The notes beneath the pieces are model-generated. The model was not told the origin of the DNA, did no database searches, and saw nothing but the letters and a program-made list of their open reading frames with translations. Shown here in pieces: positions 44,891 through 54,853 of a stretch of DNA of 64,000 nucleotides (the first letter of the stretch is position 1; the number at the start of each line of letters is the position of its first letter). The stretch lies in the NCBI RefSeq assembly GCF_000142905.1, contig NW_013657669.1, positions 248,001 to 312,000 of the forward strand, read 5' to 3'. Origin of the DNA: Thecamonas trahens ATCC 50062. Lineage: Eukaryota > Protista > Apusomonadida. A program made the position numbers and the translations under genes.

Positions 44891-45032
44891 CGTGGTATGT
44901 GTGTGTGTGTGTATGTGTGTAGGTGGTGGGAGGAGTGTTAGCATGGTTGCGTTCGATTCATTAGTGTTCAGGGCAGCGGGGAGGGGGGGGAGGTCAGGCC
45001 GTGGGCTCGATGTCAAGATCGGGCCTGCGAGC

Positions 45033-45392
45033 TTAGAGGAACTCAAACGACTCGGGAATGAGGTCATAGCCCTTCTTGAAGCGCTTGTTGGTGGCAACCT
45101 CGTCGTAGTAGCGGTTGATGCCAGTGACCTGCCAGTTGCCGGACGAGTGGTGGATCTTGATGGCAATCATGCCCGTGTTCTTGACCTCGGGCTGCTTGGG
45201 GGTGGGGAACGGCGACTTGAAGAACGACGACGGGCCCTTGCACTTCTTGCACGCGCCGCAGCCGAGCGACTCAAAGCAGGCAAAGCCACGCTTGATCATG
45301 CCCATCAGGTTGCCGATCTTGGACATCGGCCACGAGACGCACGTCCCGCAGCACTCGCCGCACGGGAGCGACGGGCAGGTCAGGCACCGCTT
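45033..45392 (-). CDS. Small Cys-rich hypothetical protein; start codon unresolved
   Basis: Strong GC3 codon bias from RCLTCPSLPCGECCGTC to YDLIPESFEFL*. No ATG lies upstream of the Cys cluster in this frame. Confidence 0.5.
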   Translation of the reverse strand, partial: KRCLTCPSLPCGECCGTCVSWPMSKIGNLMGMIKRGFACFESLGCGACKKCKGPSSFFKSPFPTPKQPEVKNTGMIAIKIHHSSGNWQVTGINRYYDEVATNKRFKKGYDLIPESFEFL

Positions 45393-45471
45393 GTAAAAGT
45401 TGGGCGAGGCTTCAGCCTCAGCCGAAACCCACACCCACCCACCCACACCTCTCAGCTACTCTACTGAAAAC

Positions 45472-45876
45472 ATGGCAACCAAGCAGGCTGTGCTCCTTAT
45501 TTCGTCGTACGGCGGCAATCTGGCCCAGGAGAAGAACACCAAGAAGGTCGTCGACTGGTGCGAGGTAGGTTGGCTGTGGTAGCGACGACGCCAGCAAGTG
45601 TGGGCGAGGACAGGCGTTTCGAGCGAATACTCACTCCCCCCCCGCCCAACACAGATCAAGAAGGTCAAGGTCGAGATGGTCGATGGCGCCGACGCCGACA
45701 ACCGCGATCTGCGCAACACACTGTGGGGTATCTCTGGCTCGCGCGGCTACCCGCAGATGTTCATCAAGACTGGCGACGACTACGCCTTTGTCGGCGACTA
45801 CGACGGTCTCGAGGGTCTCATCGAGACCGAGACGTGGGACGCTGCTTTTGACGGTGTCGAGTCGACCGAGGCCTGA
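45472..45876 (+). CDS. SH3BGR-like (glutaredoxin/thioredoxin-fold, no CxxC) protein, join(45472..45564,45655..45876)
   Basis: Phase-0 intron GTAGGT...CTCAC...ACAG. The product contains LLISSYGGN..KVEMVDG..RGYPQMFIK..FVGDYDGLEGLIE, typical of the SH3BGR family. Confidence 0.82.
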
Positions 45877-45949
45877 GCGGTAGTGCATGTTCGGACGGTG
45901 GAGCCAGGAGCGCAAGTAAAAAAACCGTGCTGACAAAGCTACGCCTGCG

Positions 45950-47491
45950 TCACAGCGACGCCCACTGCGCCACCACGCCCGGCGGGATTGACTTGCACCC
46001 GCCGCGCCCCAGCACACAAAGCGATGGAAACAGCTCGTCGATGGCATCAATGCCTTCGGGAGTGAGCTTGCGACAGCCGGAGAGATCAAGTTCAGTGAGC
46101 GCAGTGTGGGGATGCAAGACCTGTTCCACCTCGCCATTGCCGTCCTCGTCGTCGTCGCTGCCGCTCGCACCACCACCGGCTGGAGAAAGCGCAAACGCGG
46201 CGTCGGTCAGCTCGGGGTTATGAGCCATGTCAAGCCGTGTGAGGCCTGGGTAGTAGAGCACAACAATGCGAACAAGCATGCGACAACTCCGGGCGCCGAG
46301 GCCGCAGCTGCGGACCGCCAGCGAGCGAAGCGAGGGCACGCTTGCTCCCGGCGCCATCGCCGCCACCATGCGCCGCTCCAGGCCGCAGCCGGTCAGATCG
46401 AGTTCGGCGAGGTGCATGCTCGGTGTAGCAAACAGCGTTTGCAGCAGAGTACACGAGAGCTGCGTGTGGGCCAGCTGCAGCGTCGATACAGGTGCCATGC
46501 CGCCGGCGGCGGCAAGCGCCTCCAGCCCGGCCAGTCCGGCGTCGCCAGTCACGCCCGACATGTCGAGGGCAGTGAGCGAGTTGCACTCTTCAAGCCACGC
46601 CGCAAAGGCGCGTCTCGCAGACGCTCGTCGCGCCGGCGCACTGCCAAGCCCGGCCAAGTTTAGCCGCCGGAGCTTGGGCATGGCCGGCGCAACCTGGCCG
46701 AGCACGCCAAGATCGAGCTGGACGCATCCGCCGAGCGCAAGCGACGTCAGCGTCGCCATGTGCTCGGCGCCGAGTACAGACTTGAGCGTCGAGGGCGCAA
46801 ACGCGTCGCACGCCGAGAGATCGAGCGACAGCATGCTTGCATGTGAGGCCGCCGTCCAGCCTGGTGGTAGCTCGCCCATGTCGTCAACCATCAGCAGGCC
46901 GTGGAGCGAGAGCCGAGCAAGGCATGGGAGTGAGACAAAGAGCGGTGCAACGCACGTCACGCTGTTGCAGTCGGCAAGCGAGAGCGAGGCTAATCGTGGC
47001 AGCGAGCTCGCAATCAGCGCCACAGTAGAGTCACGCACGGCCTTGCCTGTCCCGGATAGATCCAGCGCTGTAAGCGCCGTCGAGCCGGCGTACGCGGCAA
47101 TGAGCTTGTCGATGACTTGGGTCTTCAGCGAGCGAATGCCGGCCAGCGAGAGCGCAGTCAGGTTCGGGAACCGCAAGACTCGCACAGAGTCGGCCGGCGG
47201 GCCGAGCGGCGAAGCAAGCCAGGTGAGAGCCGCGGGCGTCGCCGCCGCCGGGGCCAGCGAGAAGTCCAGCAGAGCGAGATGCGGCGAGGCCGGACCAAAG
47301 AGAAGCACGAGCGTGGCCAGATTGCGTGCGGCGTGTGGCGAGGTGGCGGCAATGGCTTGTAGCAGCCGGGCAGCCACCTGGTGCGGGAGCACCTCGAGCG
47401 GCGAGACCACATACCGGGCCGTGGCCAGGTCGTGTGGGGCGTGCCGGAGGAAGAGGCTCTCGAACCGCGAGCCGAGCACTGCCAGACACAC
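45950..47491 (-). CDS. Leucine-rich-repeat protein (RNI/cysteine-containing, FBXL-like repeats); 5' end unresolved
   Basis: Repeats LTALSLAG, LTALDLSG, LASLSLADCNSVT, LTSLALGGCVQL, LTELDLSGCRKLT. Confidence 0.78.
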   Translation of the reverse strand: MCLAVLGSRFESLFLRHAPHDLATARYVVSPLEVLPHQVAARLLQAIAATSPHAARNLATLVLLFGPASPHLALLDFSLAPAAATPAALTWLASPLGPPADSVRVLRFPNLTALSLAGIRSLKTQVIDKLIAAYAGSTALTALDLSGTGKAVRDSTVALIASSLPRLASLSLADCNSVTCVAPLFVSLPCLARLSLHGLLMVDDMGELPPGWTAASHASMLSLDLSACDAFAPSTLKSVLGAEHMATLTSLALGGCVQLDLGVLGQVAPAMPKLRRLNLAGLGSAPARRASARRAFAAWLEECNSLTALDMSGVTGDAGLAGLEALAAAGGMAPVSTLQLAHTQLSCTLLQTLFATPSMHLAELDLTGCGLERRMVAAMAPGASVPSLRSLAVRSCGLGARSCRMLVRIVVLYYPGLTRLDMAHNPELTDAAFALSPAGGGASGSDDDEDGNGEVEQVLHPHTALTELDLSGCRKLTPEGIDAIDELFPSLCVLGRGGCKSIPPGVVAQWASL

Positions 47492-47777
47492 TTTACGCCC
47501 CGTCCTCCCCGCACACCCACTTGCCGTGCCTCGACTCTCTCTCGTTCAGCGATGGTGACGCGCGCGCGTGGGTCGGGTGTTACGCACTGCCGGCCAGAGG
47601 AGAGCCGAATCGGCGGCCGAGTCGCCAGTCGAGTCGCCAGCCGAGTCGATCCGAGCCGGGCAACGAAGCCGATGGCGTGGACGTGGAAGTGGAAGTATCG
47701 CGGCGACATACAGCGGCAGCTGTTGGCTGGGTCAGTTAGGAGAGTTGCTGCCCGGTCGGGTCGGGTCTGGACTGGTT

Positions 47778-49577
47778 TCAGAACCAAATCTCGACGTCCC
47801 CTCCTGCACTGGCAACAGCACGGACGCTACGGGCGGCGGTGGGCTCGTGTGCGACAAACGCATCCCACGAGCCACCAGCCATGACGACGGTCCCGGCGGG
47901 GGCTCCGCTGTCGAGAGCAGCAGAGGCGATGTGCGTTGCAGCTTCGACCGGCTCACCCCACGCGCCTTCGCCAGGTACGCTCATGACGGATCCCGAGGCA
48001 AGTGCGAGGACGCCCAGCGCCACATCACGGACGCCGAGGCTGAACACTGCAGCCTTAACCGCAGCTACTGCCGTCAGCGCGGCTCTTGTCGAGGAAAAAA
48101 CCCACAGGTCGCCGGCAACATCGCCGCCCGCACGGGCAATGAGCGGCGCGGCGACGGCCGCCAACTCGCCACAGCCACCGGCACTGACGACTACAGCGGC
48201 GTCGTCGCGCACGTACCGGGCCGTGATCAAGGCATCCAGCGCAGCACGCTCCTTGGGCGGACACATCAGCCGGCGCCGGAGGCATCCATCAAGCAGAGCG
48301 GCTTCGGCGAGTGGCGATCCGGCGTCGCTCGGCACCACAGGATGCGGCGGCGGAGAGGGGAGAGCCGGCAGCGGCAGGAGTCCGGTGCCCACGGCGCGCC
48401 ACGCGTCCGGCAAACTCGACGGAGCGAGACGGACACCACGTGGGGTCTCGCCGGCAAGCTCGTCGGCGATGAGCACGCTGTCGATTCCGGCAGCCGCTGC
48501 CAGGGCACATGCATGGACAAAGTCGGCGGCGACGCCGGTACCTGCCAGCGCGACGGCGTCGCCGGCGTCGCGCCCTGCTGCATTGTGACCCTCGACCAGA
48601 CTCGCCAGAGATGCGGCGGCAGCAATGGCGTTAGCACACGAGTCAAACTCGGCCACAATCTGGTGGGCCTCGGCAATAACGTCGCAAGCAGCCCAAGCGC
48701 TCAAAGCAGTGCTTGCCAGCGACCGGAACGCCGCAAGGAGCGACGAAGCATGAACGACGCCCGTCTCGGTAGCAGCGGCGACAAAGCCTTCGAGACCCGC
48801 CACCACAACGGCGCGTGGGCGGACAGACAAACCTACCGCATCGACTGTGCCAGCACCATCAACAATCCGTAGTGATGCATCGAGTTCTGGAAGGAGAGAG
48901 GATGCCAGATCGTCCGAGCTGGCGTTCGCACCCGGCTCGTCAACGCAGCTCTCGAGCGGGTACGGGTGAACCGCATCCGAGTCTGTTTGCAGAAGATCGA
49001 TAGTGCGGGTCGAGTCGTTGTCAGACGATGAGCGTGACGATACCGACGATGCCGATGAGGAGGCACGCGATATGGATGAGAGCGTGCCAAAGGCGAGGCC
49101 ACGACGCGGGGGTTGCGCGTCATCTCCCGGTGCGCCGAGGAACTCGAGGTGCGCCGACCACTCGAGATCCCAGCCAGGAACAAGCTCGTCAAGCACGTCG
49201 TCGACATCGCGACTGCTGCCGTCGCCGCATTCATCATCATCAACAAAGCCGGCGTCGTCGATCTTGCGGACGACGTACGCCAGCTCGTGGCTCGAGCTCA
49301 CATGCAGCAGCTCGTACGTCTGGCTATGGTCGAGCGAGGGATCGGCGACGACCTCGGCCAGCTCAAAGCCGCGATACAGCCGGACCGAGGCGTCCGAGGC
49401 AGCTGATGATTCGGCGTCAGACCAGCGGTTGTGTTCGTCTCTGCTGGGGGAGCTCCCACCGACAGGAGCGCGGGCGAGGGTGGGAGCGGTGCTGTCGTCG
49501 AGCACTGCTGCGAGGAGCTGGGCATGGTAAGGCGAGAGACGCGGCGCAGGAAATCCAGGCCGCGGCGGGGTGGCCAT
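47778..49577 (-). CDS. Protein with two tandem degenerate class III nucleotidyl-cyclase-like domains (may be joined to the downstream LRR ORF)
   Basis: AVVVAGLEGF..GVVHASSLL..IAEAHQIVAEF..AIAAA and IARAGGDVAGD..WGEPVEAATHI..GTVVM resemble the cyclase fold, without the catalytic Asp/Asn/Arg. Confidence 0.55.
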   Translation of the reverse strand: MATPPRPGFPAPRLSPYHAQLLAAVLDDSTAPTLARAPVGGSSPSRDEHNRWSDAESSAASDASVRLYRGFELAEVVADPSLDHSQTYELLHVSSSHELAYVVRKIDDAGFVDDDECGDGSSRDVDDVLDELVPGWDLEWSAHLEFLGAPGDDAQPPRRGLAFGTLSSISRASSSASSVSSRSSSDNDSTRTIDLLQTDSDAVHPYPLESCVDEPGANASSDDLASSLLPELDASLRIVDGAGTVDAVGLSVRPRAVVVAGLEGFVAAATETGVVHASSLLAAFRSLASTALSAWAACDVIAEAHQIVAEFDSCANAIAAAASLASLVEGHNAAGRDAGDAVALAGTGVAADFVHACALAAAAGIDSVLIADELAGETPRGVRLAPSSLPDAWRAVGTGLLPLPALPSPPPHPVVPSDAGSPLAEAALLDGCLRRRLMCPPKERAALDALITARYVRDDAAVVVSAGGCGELAAVAAPLIARAGGDVAGDLWVFSSTRAALTAVAAVKAAVFSLGVRDVALGVLALASGSVMSVPGEGAWGEPVEAATHIASAALDSGAPAGTVVMAGGSWDAFVAHEPTAARSVRAVASAGGDVEIWF

Positions 49578-49768
49578 GGCTGGCGCGGGCTGGTCGCCGT
49601 CGACGAGTACCGCTGTCTTCAGTGTGTAGCTGTCGAGGTCCGTGTGGGTGGCGTGTGGTGGCCCAGTGAGTCGCCGGCCGGCAGCGCGGGAGGAGCTGGC
49701 GCGGAGTGACCGGCGGTGGCAGGCGAGCGCAACGGGAGGAATACATGTTCATTTTCGTATGCGGCGGG

Positions 49769-52700
49769 CTATGTGTGCGGCGTGTGGTGGACGTCGTAGT
49801 CAGAGGGATCGACAGCGTACATGGGGAGAAAGAAGCGGCCGATGAGCTCGTACGAGACGCGCGAGGCAATGTAGGTGGCCGTTGAGGCAAAGCCGGTGTA
49901 GAGGAAGATGTTCTTGACGAGAGCGTCGGTCCGCTCGTTGGAGAGCTGGAACCGGTTGGGGTAGTGCCAGACAAAGGCGGTGTAGCAGAGGGTGAGCAGT
50001 GAGGTGGTCTCGATGGCGTTGTCCCAGCGATCGACAAACGGGAGGGCGTAGCAGTGGGCAATAAAGGACATGAAGAGGATCATGAGGATCGAGAGCGTGC
50101 GCTGGCGCGGATGAGCTAGCCAGAGCACGTACATGAGGACGAGCATGACGTCGCGGGCGAGAAAAGCAAGCTCCCACCAGAACATGTGGAGCTTGAAGAT
50201 TTTGGCCCGGAGCTGCGAGACGTTGCGCTGCCAGAACCGTTGTGAGAGGATGCGCTGCGTCGCCCGCCGCCGCCGAAAGTAGACGACAAGCGGAAAGACG
50301 AGAATGTAAAACGCGGTGATGCCTGTGGCAAACGCCACCCACTTGGAGTGCGGCCCAGTGTAGCACTCGACGTCGGGGGCAAGCTTGAGGACAAAGACCG
50401 CGCCGACCTTGCGGCAGATCAGGAGCTGGAAAGAGGTGTGCAGGAGCGGAACAGTACAAATGCCAAACAAGTTGATGTAGGCATCGATGAACGGCGCGGT
50501 CTTGACCCACGGCACGTGCTCGCCACCGGAAATGGCCTTGAGCCGCTTGCGCCGCGAGATGAGGACCACCATGTAGCACGCGGTGATGACCGAGAGTATG
50601 CCAAGCATAACAAAGGGAACTGTAAACTGCGAGATGAGCTTCATGAACGGACTCAGTTTGACAAAGCACTTGCCGTCGAGCGAGAGAATGTCCAGAAAGC
50701 CCATCGACATGCCAAAGTACGGCGTGACCGGGTGGACCGGCCCTACTACCAGCGACGCGGCCTGGAGGAAAAGATAAAGATCCGCATCTCGCCACCCAGC
50801 TTGGAGCCAAAGCCAAAGAGAAGCGCGACAAAGGCGCAGCAAATGACAAAGACGAGGAAGAACCGCCAGCTCTCTGTGCCGTCGCACGGAATGCACTCGT
50901 TGTTCCACTCGTACTTGCCGTCCTCGCACCGCGAGCAGAGCGTCGACGTCTGGTTCCACCCATCGGCGCACGGTCGCGAGCGCTGGCACCGATTGCCCGG
51001 CTGCGAGACCGGGCAGCACCGGTTGGGAATGCAGTAGTACAGGCGCGGCTTGGAGTCTGGCGACGTCTCGTCCCACCACCAATCCTCCAGCGCGTAGATG
51101 CGAGTGAGACCCTCGCAGATGGCGCCCTCGGGGCAATTGGAGCAGAACGTTGACCGCACAAGATCAAACTGGCCCGACGGGCACTCGATGCACTCAAAGA
51201 GAAAGACCGGGTGCGCAACCTCGGCAAAGCCGGCTTCACACTGCTCGAGCACCACCTCCCACTTGGTAACGCCCGAGGCAGGCGTCGTTGTCATCACCAG
51301 GTTGTAGGGGATGCGGGTCCGGGTACCACGCAGAAAGAGGCCGGTAAACTCGGCAAAGCCATCCACAATGGTCACCAGGTTGGAGCCAATGACCGTTGCG
51401 TTCTCGCTGCCGACCGGGATGGCTTCGGCGCCAACTTCGGCGTTCATCTCGCGCCGTGCGGTCGGGTCGGAAAACTGAAACGTCTCGTTGTAGTAGTCGA
51501 CGACTTGGACTCTGACGTCGAATGAGAGCGAGGCTTCGATCGAGAGCGGCGGCGAGCCGACAAAGGCCACCAACTCGTCCGGCGGCCGCGAGAGAATGAT
51601 GATGCGCGAGGCTGCCGTCGCCTCGTCCGGCCCGTACCCGCCCGCCAAGTTGGCTGAGAAGGTACACCCCGCGCACGCAGGGTCGTGAATGGGCTGCACG
51701 CCCTCCCAGTAGAGGCCACCGCCCGCACCGCGGGCGTCATTTCGGGCAAAGACCACACCCACAAGCGCCGCTGACGGTCGCGTCGCCGCGTCGTCGGTAA
51801 GCATGTACACGCCACCGCCCCAGCGCGCCGAGTTGTCCTCAAACGAGCCGCCCACAATCGTCGATTCGTGCTGCAAGTGCACGCCGCCACCAAACAGCAG
51901 CGCGTCGTTGTTGCGGACAGTGACGTCAGTGAGGTTGAACACGCATGACGAGGTGTAGAGTGCAGCGCCAGAGCCGGCCACCGTGTTGCCCTCGAAAAGC
52001 GAGTCGGAAATGGCGCCGGTGGCGGTGCCAGAGCATCCGATGCCGCCGCCATTGGTGATGGGGGCTTCCGAAGACTTGGACGAGAGCGTGTGCTGACGGA
52101 CGACAAGGCGCGAAGCCTCGATGCGAGACTCACCGTTGACCGACACTCCACCCGACTTGGGCGAGTAGTTCTTCTCCACAAGCAGATCATCGGCAACTAG
52201 CACAACGTCCCGCTCCATGTACAGCGCGCCGCCGTCGCCCTTGGCCTCGTTGCCGCGGAACGTGGAGTTGGTTAACGACGCGATGACCTCGCCAGAGAGA
52301 AATACCGCGCCACCGAGTGCTCCGGTCAAATTATCCTCAAACACCATCGACGCCAGTGTGAGGCGAACGTTCTGGCGAGCAAAGAGCGCGCCGCCCTCGC
52401 CCGATGGCGACGAGCAGTTGGACATGCGCGAGTTGCGCATGACAATGACCGCGTTCCGCTCGAAAAACGCACACCCGCCGCCGTACGGAGTTGTTGAGAG
52501 GAGCATGTCGACGTTGTCCATCTCAATCTGCGCCGTGTCGGCAGCGTACATCGAGCCGCCTGTGGAGAGGCCACGGTTGTCGCGTAGGACGCAGCGCTCG
52601 AGGCGTGAGACTGACTGCTGCGCCATGTACATGCCGCCGCCGATCGAGGCTGTGCCAAGCTGAAAGACCGAGTCGGTCACGTTGAGCACTGAGCTGCCCG

Positions 52701-54063
52701 AGGTGTAGACGGCGGCACCGACGTCGGCGATATTCACAGCCATGGTCAAACCTGCCATCTCGACTTGCGAGGTCTGCTGGATGTCGATAGCCCCACCGGC
52801 AGACGTGCCGCGATTGTCGACAAAGACCGAGTCAGTCACCGCTGTGTGCTGTGCGCGGACCAGCATCCCGCCGCCACGGTCCAGCGCGCGATTCGACTCG
52901 AACCGACAATTAGTAAAGGTGAACTGGCCCGTGCCGTCGAGGAGCGAGGCGCCCGCACCAAACTGCGACTCGTTGTCGCGAAAGATGAGATCGCGGCCAG
53001 ATATAGAGGCGGCGTCTTTCGAGTACAAACCGCCGCCATTTTGCGACACAGACGCGGAAATGGTTGACGTTGCAATGTCGAGAGACGAGCCAATGCCAAG
53101 CGCATAGCCGCCGCCCTCAGCCGATGCTGTGTTGCTGCTCAGCACCAAATCGTATGCAGTGACGGCTGCGCCAAGTGTGTAGATGCCACCGCCGTTGCGG
53201 GCCTGGTTGCTGGTTAACTGTGAGCCGTAGATGGTACCGGTAGCAAAGCCAGCGCCGTGGATGCCACCACCATTGCGAAACGGCACGCTGTTACTTGTAA
53301 AGGTGCAGTTGGCGACGACCATAGCGGTGACAAGCGATGAAACAGTTGAGCCAAAGTACACGCCGGCACCGCCGGCACCAGACGCACCCACGACGGCGTT
53401 GCTGATAAACGTAGAGGTGTGGACCTCCACATCGGCGCCGGCATCAGCAAAGACCCCGCCACCGGTCGAGCAGCACGAGAGCTGGTTGAACGTGCAATCG
53501 CGGACAACGGCAGTGGCGGTGGTAACGGCCACGCCGACACCAAACTTGACACAGTTCGAAATGTCCGGCGCGTCGGTCGAGATCATCCGGAACCGACAGT
53601 TGATCACCGCAACCGAAGCCGAGTCCTTGATCTGCACGCCGCCGCCGGTGACAAACGGGCCGGCCCGGACAGCAAAATCGAGATTGGAGAGAGTGACGCC
53701 GGTCACTGCCGCGCCCGAGACGCCGATGATCGGAGTCGAGGTCGCCGGCGCAGCCACCGATTGCAGCGTGACGGTGGCCGGGAGGGCGGCTGTGATGGTG
53801 AGGTCTGCGACGGCAACCATCACCGACGGCTGTGCGGGCGGTGGCGGCGGCATGACATAGGTACCAGGCGCAAGAAGAATAGTGTCTGCCGCCAGCGCCT
53901 GTCCGTTGGCATACGTGAGCGTGAGGCACGGGCTCACTGAGCAGTCCCCGCTGTCGCTGCCCGTGGTTGCAACCAGCCGGGTGACTGCCGTCGTCGGGCC
54001 GGCAAGGGCGAGAACGAGGACGACGACGAGGGCGAGGGCCGTGTTGGGGAGAGGATGGATCAT
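49769..54063 (-). CDS. Surface receptor-like protein: signal peptide, beta-helix with Chlamydia POMP-type GGA(I/L/V)/FxxN repeats, Cys-rich repeats and a multi-TM C-terminus; apparent frameshift at ~50770
   Basis: Many FxxN..GGAI/GGALY repeats, CIECPSGQF..CPEGAIC and LCSRCEDG. The TM region continues in ORF 49769..51136 if one T is added (MRIFIFFLQAAS). Confidence 0.85.
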
Positions 54064-54348
54064 AAGTGGATGTGAAAGTGGGTGCGGGTGTCAAAGGTGT
54101 CGGGATGGAGCGGATGGACGGGGTGGAGGGGGTGGTGGAGTGTACGGCCAGGGGGCGGGGGAGAGGGGGAAAGAGAGAGATAGAGGGAACAGTTGCATTT
54201 GGCGGGTCTGGGGAGCCAAGGGCCCTCGACACGGATTCCACGACCTTTTCAGAGCAGCTACGGCTCGGTCCAAGCAGGCCACCGAGAGGCTTGGGCTGGG
54301 GCCAGACGGATAGACACATGACGTGAGCTGGGGGAGGGCACCAGGAAG

Positions 54349-54849
54349 ATGGCGGCCACGGGCGAGGGAAGGAGCGAGGACGTGGGCGAAATGGTGCCTG
54401 TAGTGGCGGGCCGGAAGTTTCTGGATGTGGCTGCCGAGGAGCGGGTGCAGCAGGTGGTGGCCGAAGCGTTTGGCGGACAGACGGTGGTGATGAGGGTGTG
54501 GGTGGTGCGCGGGTCAGCGGTGGTGGCCTCGTACGCGGCGCCGGGCCTGGCGTCGGTGCGGCTCACGGCGGCTGCATGGTATGCGCTCCGCAACGCGCAC
54601 GTCGAGCCTGACAAGTCGGCCCTCTTTGCGGCGCAGCTCGGCTCGGTCATGTACGACCAGGTGACCCGCGCCGACGACATGGCGGTCTACGCGGGCTGTT
54701 CCAAGGCCGGCGGCGGCATCATTTACCACAGTGTGTCTGCGGCGTTGGCGCTTGTGGCGCAGTACGGGCCCGAGACTGTGCCGACGCTACCGATTGTAGC
54801 CGTCGAGGCCTTTGCCGACTATCTGCGCGAGCGCGCAGTCTCGGGCTAG
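54349..54849 (+). CDS. Divergent profilin-like protein
   Basis: LGSVMYDQVTRADDMAVYAG..GGGIIY..ALALVAQY..VAVEAFADYLRE parallels the profilin pattern GGxKY..RADDRSIYG..GGV..AIIIGVY..VEKLADYL. The size fits. Confidence 0.65.
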   Translation: MAATGEGRSEDVGEMVPVVAGRKFLDVAAEERVQQVVAEAFGGQTVVMRVWVVRGSAVVASYAAPGLASVRLTAAAWYALRNAHVEPDKSALFAAQLGSVMYDQVTRADDMAVYAGCSKAGGGIIYHSVSAALALVAQYGPETVPTLPIVAVEAFADYLRERAVSG

Positions 54850-54853
54850 CTAG

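Noticed and set aside
1-54849. Talin, formin, RapGAP and profilin as an actin/adhesion gene cluster
   Set aside because: They are spread over 55 kb among unrelated genes in a compact eukaryotic genome, so chance co-location is sufficient.
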